Shown here piece after piece: positions 1 through 12,300 of a DNA stretch of 64,000 bases (the first letter of the stretch is position 1; every line of letters starts with the position of its first letter). The translations under genes and the position numbers were made by a program. The notes under the pieces are model-generated. The model saw only the letters and a list, made by a program, of their open reading frames with translations, did no database searches and was not told the DNA's origin. The DNA comes from Octopus vulgaris (lineage: Eukaryota): the NCBI GenBank assembly GCA_951406725.2, contig OX597830.1, forward strand, positions 53,258,001 through 53,322,000, in the 5' to 3' direction.

Positions 1-166
1 ATCAACCACTTTACAGAGTGTACTGGGTGCCTTTTTTCCTGCCACCAGCATTAGTAAAAGTTGCCTTCATGCTAGGAGATGGGGGATAGTTTAAAGTTTG
101 AGAGAAGTGGGGAAGCAGAGAAGGTTCGTGGCTAATTAGTAGGAGCTACAAACAATAATATATATA

Positions 167-620
167 TCATCATCATCATCATTTAACGTCTGCTTTCCAT
201 GCTACCATGGGTTGGACAATTTGACTGAGGACTGGCAAACCAGGCTCCAATCTGATCTGGCAGAGTTTCTACAGCTGGATGCCCTTCCTAATGCCAACCA
301 CTCCGAGAGTGTAGCAGGTGCTTTTACATGCCACCAGCACTGGCAACAGCCATGCTCAAATGGTGTTTTTTACGTGTCACCTGCATAGGAACCAGTCCAG
401 TGGCACTGGCAATGACCTCGCTTGAATGTTTTGTTCACGTGCCAGTAAGGCGATGCTGGTAGCTATCTTGCTCAAATGGTGCTTTTTATGTGCCACCAGC
501 ATGGAAGCCAGTTAGCTGCTCTGGCAATGACCACGCTCGGATGGTGATCTTAGCACTCCACTAGCATGGATGCCAGTCATGGAATTTGATTTCGATTTCA
601 CTTGCCTCAACAGCAGAGTT
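167..620 (-). mobile_element. Retroposon with RTE-like 3' tail and (GAT)n end; representative of many copies (e.g. 3367-3555, 18365-18604, 20487-20820, 23100-23235, 25468-25697, 26316-26518, 42687-42856, 51577-52410)
   Basis: Recurrent block CATCATCAT-TTTAACGTC-CATGCTAGCATGGGTTGGAC...TTTCTACAGCTGGATGCCCTTCCTAAYGCCAACCAC occurs in both orientations throughout the window. Confidence 0.85.
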
Positions 621-2429
621 TAGCACACACACACATTATATATATATATATATATATAAAAAGAACACAGCCAGTTTATCAACATTTATTTTTAAAACTC
701 CTAAAACAAATGATTGGATTGTGTTGCTTGAATCAATAAATAATCAAATTAAAGCAAATATTAGAAAACTCTCTTATGAAAATGTTGCAAAACAACTGAT
801 TAAAATGTTAATTAATCTTGAGATTCTTCAGATTTCTTTAAAAAGTTCAGTGAATTATTTCAGAAATACACTGATATTATCAATCAATTATTTACACTCA
901 CCCATAATGAATCATTTGAATGGGTTGTTATTTAAAAAAAAAATTCTATATAATTTCTTTGAACAGCTGTCTTCATACGGTAGAATTACTGGCAGCACTT
1001 AACCATCTCTGACTACAGATTTTAAAATAAACACCACCAGGTTTTCAACCATGACCTCCTCCCACAAACAATTATATAACATTTAATTAAAACTATTTTA
1101 ATAAACAATAACAATATAAACTTTTAGCTTTAATCTATTTCCTGTTGTTTTTCTCAATATTTTGAATAATTTGATTGTAATTAAAACAACTGGTACTTTG
1201 ATCAATTGGGTTTTGTTTACTGAATGTCATGGCATAGAAGATGCAGAGGCATATTAAGTGCAGTCCAATTTCTGGATTAGACTATAGTGGTGATCATTAG
1301 GGACAAAATTAGCTGATGAGTAGTCCCATTTTGCATGTAGGATCTAGGATATTTTTGAATTATTTTTTCTTTTAGAAAACACTGTCATATATGTCATCAT
1401 CAAATACAGTAACTGCTTTCAGTCTACTGACACCAAACCAAATGTGTGTGTGTCCCCAGTAGCAGAACAATTCTGATATTAGACAAATGTCTCGTAACTG
1501 TTCTGCCCTAAGAAGTCTGATTTCATATCCCACTGATGTCAAGCTGGCCTGTCATTCTTCTGGGGTCAAGTCAATGAAATACAAATTTACTGAAATTCAT
1601 CAATTCCTCTCATGTTGATGCCTGCCGAGTTACTGTCATACAAAGAGAGATGATAGCTGGCTCCAGGTAAAGGGGAGGTCTTGGGATAGAGGCTAGCAAA
1701 CACTTTTCAGAAAAAAAAAAACAAAAAAAACTTGTCACTGAAATTGTCCAAAAAACACCATTGTATCCTTGAGACAGACATGGTAGGCATGAATAGACTG
1801 TAACACACAGACTGGGTCAGATCAAAGAAAGAACAAAATAGATATATATATATATATATATATTAGTTTGAATCAGCTTCTATTTGGAGTTATTGCCCTC
1901 TAAGATGGCTCAAGGACCGGGTTTCATTTTTAGCTTGGTTTCTTGGGCTGGATGCCCTTTTTATCACTAACCCCTTTAGAGGGTACTGGATGCATTTATG
2001 GCACCAGTACTAGAGTGATTATAATGTCTTTGATAAGACAAAAGGATCTTCTCGATCTTACACTGTCTCAGCACATTTACCAGTCACGTAAAGAGAAAGC
2101 ACTGAATGATTTAACTGTGGCACCAGCACTAATGGGGTCACCCTTTATCCCAGGAGACCAAAGAGTCCTCACTGCTTTAATGTGTTTGTTCACAAAATGC
2201 AATGTAACCAAGGAAGTGCGAATGTTTGTGTGTGTATTCATTTAGCTTTAACCTATTTTTTAATCCCTTTTTTCTTCTTATTTATATATAATTCATAAAC
2301 AGAGCCAGAAAGATTTGCTTTAAGAGACATGGTGTATTTTATAAACATGCCTGTTCAAGTATCATAATAGCATGAAACTATTAGTAGCTCTCTCAGCTGC
2401 GTATTTAATTTGAGACATATATATATAAA

Positions 2430-2697
2430 AGAGAAGAATACAGTGTACATTCAAACACATAAGAGATACCCAGGAAATAGGATATCTGACTCACTAGAAA
2501 GAGCAGTTAAACTCCAAGCTACTAATTGTTGTAATTCCGAAAGTGATTGAAAAATAAAAACTTTTACCTTTATTTTTCAATCACTTTCAGAATTACAACA
2601 ATTAGTGGCTTGAAGTTTAACTGCTCTTTCTAGTGAGTCAGATATCCTATTTCCAGGGTATCTCTTATGTGTTTGAATGTACATTGTATGCTTCTCT
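2430..2697. repeat. Long near-perfect inverted repeat (arms ~129 bp, loop ~10 nt)
   Basis: 2430-2558 is the reverse complement of 2569-2697 with about 6 mismatches by eye. Confidence 0.93.
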
Positions 2698-4100
2698 GAA
2701 TAATGTATAGTCTATGGACTAAATTTTTTCCTTCTCGCTAGACCACTGGTAGCTAAGAAATTTCCAATAAATATTCTTGCTACCCTAAGATTTTAATTAA
2801 TGATAATATATATATAAATATGTATGTATGTATATATACACATAAGCACCACAGCACACTATTAAGTGGTTGGCATTAAGAAGGGCATCCAGCCAAAGAA
2901 ATCAGGTCAAAGCAGACACTGGAGCACAGCACAGCCTTCCAACATGGTGGATGCTGTGAAACCATCCAACTCATCCTAGCATAGCAGACAGACATATAAT
3001 GATGATGATGATGATGACATTCATATGTCATGTCTTGAAATATGTTAAAACAGCAGCAGCAGCAATAAATGTGAATTCATGGCCCTGGAAAGATCTAGCA
3101 GAATAATAAGCTTGGTAATATTTGTTTCACCTTGACTCTTTAATCACAAAGACACGAGTTCTCATGTAAGGGAATTCTAACAAGATCACAATGTTCCAAA
3201 GATGTGTATACCTAAAAAAAAGCAACCCCAGAATTTCAGTGGTACTTAGTCGTCCACAATATTTTACTGGTGTTTATTTTAGCAAACCCAGAAGGCTGAA
3301 AGTCTAAATAAATCCAGGCAAGAAGATATGATATCACAAAGTCATGGACTTAAGTGAATACTACAATCATCATCATCATCGTTTAATGTCCGCTTTCCAT
3401 GCTAGCATAGGTTGGACGGTTCGACTGGGGTCTGGGAAGCCGGGAGGCTGCACCAGGCTCCAATATGATTTGGCAAGGTTTCTACAGCTGGATTCCCTTC
3501 CTAATGCCAACCACTCCGTGAGTGTAGTGGGTGCTTTTTATGTGCCACCGGCACAATAATAATAGTAATCCATTCTGAAGAATGCCTGAAACTTCTGGGG
3601 AGAGGACTAATTGATTACATTAACAACCCCAGTGCACCTTATTTTATTGATCCTGAAAGGAAGAATGGCAAAGTTGATCTCAGTGGAATTTGAACTCAGA
3701 ACATAAACGTAGAATAAAAGCCACTAAGCATTTTGTCAAGTGTGCTAACAATTCTGCCAGCTCGCTGTCTTAAAGAGCTGCAGTAGATACCACCATCATC
3801 ATTGTCATTGGTATCACTGACATCTTCACTATCACCAACATCTAAAGAAGAATGTTAAAAAGAAAAAAAAAAAATCCAAGAAAGTAATACCACAAATTAA
3901 GTAAACAAACAAAAATAAACATTCATGTTTTCACATTATTATATTCTATAATATATTTCCTATACAAACAATATTCTTTTATGGAACATTCTCCAGTAAT
4001 ACATTGTCCTTTCCTGTTATAATCATTCATCAGTTCATTATCCTTTGATTGAAAAAAAAAAACAAACCCATATCCATATGGTATAAGTGTCCTTTCTGTC

Positions 4101-4133
<33 letters not shown>

Positions 4134-5182
4134 TATACACACATATATATACACATATACATATATATATACACATATACATATATATATACACATATAT
4201 ATATATATACACACATATATATATATATACACACATATATATATATATACACATATACATACACATATATACATATACATACATATACGTATATATATAC
4301 ACATATATATACATATACGTATATATATACACATATATATACATATACGTATATATATACACATACATATATATACACACATACATATATATACGTATAT
4401 ATATATACACATACATATATATACGTATATATATATACACATACATATATATACGTATATATATACACATACGTATATATATACACATACGTATATATAT
4501 ACACATACATATATATACGTATATATATATACACATACATATATATACATATATATATATACACATACATATATATACATATATATATATACACATACAT
4601 ATATATACATATATATATATACACATACATATATATACATATATATATATACACATACATATATATACATATATATATATACACATACATATATATACAT
4701 ATATATATATACACATACATATATATACGTATATATATATATACACATACATATATAAGTATATATATACATATACATACATATATATACGTATACATAT
4801 ACACATATATATATACGTATATATATATACACATACATACATATATATATACACATACATATATATATACACATACATATATATATACACATATATATAT
4901 ATACATACACATATATATATATACACATACATATATATATATACACATACATATATATATACACATACATATATATATACACATATATATATATATACAC
5001 ATATATATATATACATACACATATATATATATACATACACATATATATATATACACATATATATATATACATACACATATATATATATACACATACATAC
5101 ATATATATACACATATATATACACATACATACATACATATATATACATATATATATACACACACATACATACACACACACAC
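4101..5182. repeat. ~1.08-kb compound (TA/CA/CG) microsatellite with 30-bp higher-order unit in ~4491-4740
   Basis: Uninterrupted alternating purine-pyrimidine tract; identical 60-nt lines at 4561 and 4621. Confidence 0.97.
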
Positions 5183-6088
5183 CAATCAACTATATCCTCA
5201 TTGGATGTCAATCTTTGTGGATCAACAATCCATATCACATTCCAGGCCAGTGAGATGAACGTCCCACATCCAAACAAAACTATCTCTAGATCAGTCTTTT
5301 TTCATGCATACATAAACCACATTTCTCATTATTGCAGGTCTTTTTATCTGTGTATGTGTGCATGTGTGTATGTGCATATATATATACACACACATACTAT
5401 ATATATGACAATATCCCCACAGAAGATAGTAGTCGTTTGTGAATGTAGTTAGCGTATCAGTTTCTGATCAATATAAATCACATACCTTTGAAGCTGAGAC
5501 TGTCCAAAACCCTTTTACATAAAAACAATATTACTGATATTTGATTTAGTCGACAGTGTTGTAGGGTGGTAGTGGTGGTGGAGGTTGGGAGGTAGAGAAA
5601 AGGATCTACTTTGGAAGGGTGTCTGTGTGGGGGGAGTAGTTTTTTTTGGGGGGAGTTGAGAGAGAGAGAGAGAGAGAGAGAGATAATGACAGAAACAATA
5701 CTGAGAGAAGTTGTCCAAGCAAAGAGAGACTTAGAGAGAAAGAAAAGGAAGAGAGAGAAGACGAGAGGAGAAGAATGGGAAGGAGTAGGAAGCAAAACAA
5801 TATGGAAGGTGTTATAAAGATGAGACAATGTTATGGGAAGATATTTTATTTTTTTTACTATGCTTTCTTTGTAAAGAGACAATGGAAGAGGATGGGAAAC
5901 AAGAGGGGTGGCTGAGTGCATGACGTGTGCATCATCATAGTCTCACATCTTTATATACATCATATATATATATTGTTATGTATATTTATATTCATGTCAG
6001 CGTCTGTATTATATATATATATAATCCAACATTATAATATCCGAAAGTTGATGAACAAACTAAATTTGTTTCTCCATTTTCTTATTTG

Positions 6089-6143
<55 letters not shown>

Positions 6144-6144
6144 T

Positions 6145-6175
<31 letters not shown>

Positions 6176-6254
6176 ATTACAAAAGAAATCCAACAACAAC
6201 AAAACAATGAAATAATAATAATAATAATAATCATAATATTAATAATGATAATAA

Positions 6255-6481
6255 TTAATCGAAACTAATCAGCTCTGCTTCGTTTTGTGGCAGCACCATT
6301 TGCTGTGGTGGTGCCTGATATTGCTGGGTGGGAGGCCCAGCCATGTATTGTTGTTGCTGTTGGGGCTGTGGCTGCTGCTGTTGCTGCTGTGGTGGTGGTT
6401 GCTGTTGGGGTGGTTGTGCAGGTATTCCACTGTACACACTTGGTTGAGATGCACCGACTGGAGGAAGAGTATTTGCCAGAT
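6255..6481 (-). CDS. HGS: HGS terminal coding exon ending in clathrin box EAELISFD*
   Basis: TTTGCACAG acceptor, phase 1 matches the previous exon; LISFD is the established Hrs C-terminal clathrin-binding motif; TAA stop. Confidence 0.94.
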
Positions 6482-9294
6482 CTGTGCAAAGAGAGAAAGA
6501 ACAAAGGTATACATATCTATATATACAAAAGAGATTCCTTACTTGAAAGCCAGTCACAGGTTAGCATCAAAGAGGGGCACATAGTTATAAAACAAAACCT
6601 CAAAGAGATATATGCTTGCCAGGAAAAACAAATGTAAACACACACACAAACAAAATATGAGTGCATTAAACATGACACTGGCACGAGTACAAATTATGCG
6701 GCACTGGCACGAGTGCAATTGACGTGGCACTGGCACGAGTGCAATTGACGTGGCACTGGCACGAGTGCAATTGACGTGGCACTGGCACGAGTGCAATTGA
6801 CGTGGCACTGGCACGAGTGCAATTGACGTGGCACTGGCACGAGTGCAATCCACATGACACTGGCACGGGTGCAATTTACGTGACACTGGCACTTGCAAGA
6901 CAAAAACCTCTTGGCTGAGAGGGAGAGTGGGTGGGTGGCCAGAAAGGAGATATTTTTAAATTAAGAAATTTTGTTTATTAATTATATACTTTTAAGTTCA
7001 TTATAATTAATGTACATGATGGAAGTTGATTAGCTGATCCTTGATCTAAGTTATTGGTGCAATTGCTCCATCATGGCCGATACCATGTTGATGTTGAAAA
7101 GGAAAAATACAAGACAAAGCAAATGTAAGAATCAAACTTAAAAGGAAATACTGAGGCCCAATGGTGGTTAAAATGCTAGACCATCATGGTCAAAATTCAA
7201 ATCTCGGTACAGCTGTTGGTTTATGTTCCATAGGAAGAGGCATAACTCTGCTAGCTCCAGTTGAACTGACTGAAAACAAAAGTAGTTGATTGCCATTGTT
7301 ACTTGAAGGTTAAAGTGACAATCAGCAGGAAATACAACCCTGAAAAACTCCAGCAAATATGTAAAAAAAACAACAACAAACAATATACTAAATGTCCAGA
7401 TTACGCAATAAGGGTAAATATGGAACTACATGGATATGAAGTGAACTTAACCACATAACAATGACTGTTATTTCTAGAGAGTTAAGCAACCATGTAGAAG
7501 TTTCCTTGTTGGAATATACTGTGTATACTGAGCTCATATATCTGGGCATCTTCCCTTTTTAAATATATCACCCCACCTGCATTCTGATCTATACTCCTTC
7601 CTGAGCCACCTCTATCTCTCTCACCTTACCCTTTCACCATACTACTACCCCATCAACTGTATCTCCATCCTCGGTCATCATCACACACTACATTCACTTT
7701 TAACCCTATCTCTAACCATGTTATTCTCCCTTCACACTCTCATGAAACTACACCCCACTTCAATGCACAGTTTATATTCTCCCTCGTACTCATCTCCTTG
7801 TCTCTTGTGTTGCTCTGGCAACATCATCTAACCTTATTCCAGCTATGCCCACCCACTCTTATATAAGGTAGCCATGTATCTTCTCTCTAGCAAGACCCTT
7901 GGGCTTCTCCCTCTATCATACTTTAGCTTCTCCTAGTCTCATATATTTCCCCCCTCCATTCACATGCTTTACTGAGGGGTCTGTTTCCTTTTCTTCCACT
8001 TGTAGGTTTTTTAACGATTACTGATTATCCGATTACTGTTGTTTTACATAAAGGGAGAACATCTCTTCCTTATTTGGATTCTTGCTGTTTAGCATGCACA
8101 CCATAAATTATTATGAGGGGATGCTGACAAGCTCTTGGCATTGGGTAAGAAAAAATACAGGAGGATCATTTAATTATGATTTTATTGAACATATTCCCCT
8201 CTCAGGTTCACACACTTATTGCAGTGGTCCTTCAGTTTTTCTAAGCCCTCTAAAAGAACTCAAGAGGTTGGGCCTCTAAGTAGGCCTTTTGCAAAACCTT
8301 TAAAACCTTCCCTTGTCACAAGAAAACCTAAGGAGAGGACACGCAAAGTTGATAGTAAACGCTAATGGGGGAGTCTCCATAGTCATTCAACTTGCTAGAA
8401 ATGGAGACCAAATGCCTCATAACACAATCTACTATCTTAGATAAATGTGATACTAGATACTCTCCACTAAAGGACAAAGCGATCTCCACTCAGAACTGAG
8501 CTGGGGCTTTATATATCTCATTGTTTTTAACATCCATTTTTCCATGCCTGCATGGATCAGATAGAGTTCACGGAGGCAGATTTTCTATAGCTGGATGCCC
8601 TTCTGGTCATCAACTCTCACCTGCTTCCGAGCAAGGTAATATTTCTACATGGCCAGGCAGTTATTTCACGGAAAACTAGACACCAATGACATTGTTTATA
8701 TGATGACAGTGACACACATTTACAACTGCCACATGATGTTAAGGCAAGGAGACACAAACATACAAACAATCAAATACACACATGATGGGCTTCTTTCAAG
8801 ATTATATTAGAAACCAGTTGGCCAAAGTGACACACAACAGTACTGAATCCAAAACCATGTGGCCAGAAAGTATCTTAATCACCCCTCCACTGCCTCCAAT
8901 CATCTTCACAATTTAACATCCACCTCTCTGCTTGCATGGATCAGACTAAATGTGTATATTCATGTGTGTGTGAGAGAGAGAGATCATTTAACGTCTGTTT
9001 CCCATGCTGGCATGGGTAGGATATATATATATATACACACACACATATATACATACATACACACATATATGCATACATACACACACATATATACATACAT
9101 ACACACATATATACATACATACACATACACACATATATGCATACATACACACACACATATATGCATACATACACACACACATACATACACACACATATAC
9201 ATACATACACACATATACATACATACACATATATATACATACATACACACACACACACATATATACATACATACACACACACACACACATATAT

Positions 9295-9325
<31 letters not shown>

Positions 9326-12300
9326 TATATATACATACATACACACACACAAATATATACATACATACACACACACACACACACAATATATATATATATA
9401 TATATATACACATTTATATATAAGTCAAGCACAGTTTTAAAATTGACATGCAAAGTAATATAAAAACAAGCCAAGGGGACACAAATACTAAAACAATATT
9501 TCATACATACTCTGCATGCTTAATGAGGAATATTCTGGATTAGGGATTGATGTATAAATTGGTCCTGCAGAAGAAATCTGTGATAAACTTGACGGCTGAC
9601 TCGATGCTGGATTATAAGATTGGTAAGAATTGGAAGAAGCCTGTATAACATCTGTGCCCATTGCTGGTTGGTAACCTGCAGTCTGTGCAACCGTTTGAGA
9701 CGGGTGACCAAGAGCAGGAGGGTACTGACCACCAGCAGGTTGGCTGTAGTTTGTGGAGTTGGGTGCATTTGGGATCTGTGGTGGTGTCGGTTGCTGTTGT
9801 TGTGGTGGTGGTTGTTGTTGTTGCTGTGACGGTGGTGGTTGCTGTTGCTGCGGTGGTGGCTGTTGTTGCGACGGTGGTGCACCAGGTGGTTGCATGTAGA
9901 TCTCATTTGGTGCACTGCTGTTGACCGGGAGGGATGGTGGCGGCGGCGGTGGTGCCATGCCTGGTGGAGCACCAGGACCTGGCATCATGCCAACTGGCAA
10001 ATAACCTATTCGATGCATCTGGTGGACCGGGGAGTTTTCAAGTGAGCTGCCAGGACTAGGAAAGTTTGGGGCACCATACGGGTTCTGGAAGAGAGAAGAA
10101 ATTTAGGAGTCAAAGAAACATTCTACAACGTTTATGTGCATGTGTGAACAGCTGAGCATTCTCCTGCATCAGTCAATAAACAGATGATTCACAAAATGAG
10201 AAGATATAGATGAGAGTGATATCGTCCTGAGGTCAACAGGACCCATTGCCTCAATGGCTATATCTGACCAGAGAAAAATCATACAACCCATTAAAATTAC
10301 AAGACATAGTGAATATCAAAAATTAAAAGATAATAATTAATATTACAGTGGTGTGTGTATGTATAACTAAAATACAACCAAGAATATTGACTGATTTGTG
10401 TCAGTAGTTTGCCAAGGTTGTGGAAATTACCGTTATATCAGCACCAAGCAGTGTTTAGGTTAGTTAAAATGTGTGTGTGACATATTTTAACTGCTAAAGG
10501 CAAATTCACTGCAGTTACCATGGAGAAAAATTCTCTCTTGTGGAAAAAAGTATAAAAACACCATATCTGTCCAGTGTCACCCTTATCAGAATTCCCGGAC
10601 ATCAATGTTTCTAGCTCTTCAGCTGGTATCAAAGGGAAATACCTAAGCATAGCATTGACCAAAATACAGTCCATATTGACTGATTTGCACTAGTATATTG
10701 CCGAGATCATGGAAATTACCGTTATATCAGTGCCAAGTAGTGTTTAGGCATAAGCAAAGTTTAGGTTAGTTAAAACATGTTTATGACATATTTCAATTGC
10801 CATCATCTTTTAACATTCATTTTCCATACTGGCACCAGTTGGATGGCTTGACCAGAACTGGCAAGCAGAGAAGCCCTTCCGAATGCCAACTATTTTCCAA
10901 GTGTGCTGGGTGTTATTACATGGCGCTACATCATGGGTGCTGATTACATGGCACCAGTAAGGGTGCTTTTTATGTAGAACCAGCACAGGGCTCTTGCACT
11001 CCAATCCTCCTCAGGAGGGGGAGCAGCATTAACACTTCTGCAGTGGAGGACAGGTCTTCATATTTATAGACAACTGCAGATGAACACCATTCCTCCATGT
11101 GATTGGCTTGAAAAATTAAGATATTAAGATGCTGTTCTTAACATAAAACCAATGGTAGCCTTAATACACAAATAAAGAAATTTTATCTGCCAATGTGGTG
11201 TTGAACACCCATTCTTGTTGTTTGAAATTTATGTGTGTGTATGTGTGTATATAATTTAAATAATGAGGGAGATAAATTGAATATTAATTGAATTAATATC
11301 AATTTAAAACCAGTAGCCTAGCATATATAAATCTGAAAAATCAGAAAAAAATTTCAATATATGTGTATATTTAACTGCAGTAAATTATTTGCTGCAGAAC
11401 TGTTTCCGGAATTTAGCGCACCAGAACTTATACATTTGAAGATAACTCCAATATAATCGATAGAACTGAGCACATGTCTAGTTTTATATAGATAAAAAAC
11501 CTTTACCTGGCCGTAGCCATAAGCCTGCATCTGCCTGATCTGAGTGAGGTGTTTCTGTTGCTCAAGACGAATCTGATATTCTCGCTCCTGTTCATGCATT
11601 CGCTGGAAAGCTAACTGGCGTTGCATCTCAAGGTATTCCTGAGAAGAAATAAAAAAAAACAACCAAAGAATTAGTGACAAGGTGGATACGAAGTCAATCA
11701 AGGGTTCAAATCATCTCATTAGTACAGCTGGATTATATCTCATGATATTCAGTTCTCTATGGTTGAGACCACTTAGCTGTGAATAGGTTTTTGTAGGAAG
11801 GAATGGACCAACCCCCACTGTTGCTTAACCCTAGGTTAGCACTGATTAAGCAGATCTATTATCAAAGGAATACCAGCCAAGTCTTTTACCAAGTCTCACT
11901 ATATCCATGATTACTTTAGCCAATTAGTCCTTCCTTTTTAAGGCACTATCATCAAAGATTTCAGCTACGGCCATACCATCTGTTTCCCACTGAGTGCATG
12001 AGAAAATAAGTACCAGTAACAGAATAACCAGCTTTTGTGATCTTAGCCTAGCCAAAATGACCCTCATTATACTCATCCAACCTGCCATCATACTGTAAAA
12101 TGGTTAAAAAAAGGGACTGATTTGAAAATGTAATGTTGGATACAACACTAGGTTTTGTAAAAGGCTGAAATGGCCAGGCCTGGAATAGATATGATTATAA
12201 GGTTGTCTAACCTGAACCAACTTGGAACTAAACAACAAAGATGAACAAAGTGATTAATGTAGTCCCTGATACACTATGAATAACAGAGACGGCCATGGGC

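Noticed and set aside
586-1002. 138-aa plus-strand ORF
   Set aside because: Starts in a retroposon, crosses a microsatellite, is AT-rich and has no recognisable domain.
3923-5452. Long 220-470 aa ORFs (YIYT/VCVY repeats)
   Set aside because: Stop-free reading of a TA/CA microsatellite; not protein-coding.
6554-6903. CRISPR-like array or Cys-rich repeat ORFs
   Set aside because: Head-to-tail 26-bp units with no unique spacers and no cas genes, in a eukaryotic intron.
8859-9504. Overlapping HT/CV-repeat ORFs
   Set aside because: Microsatellite artefacts.
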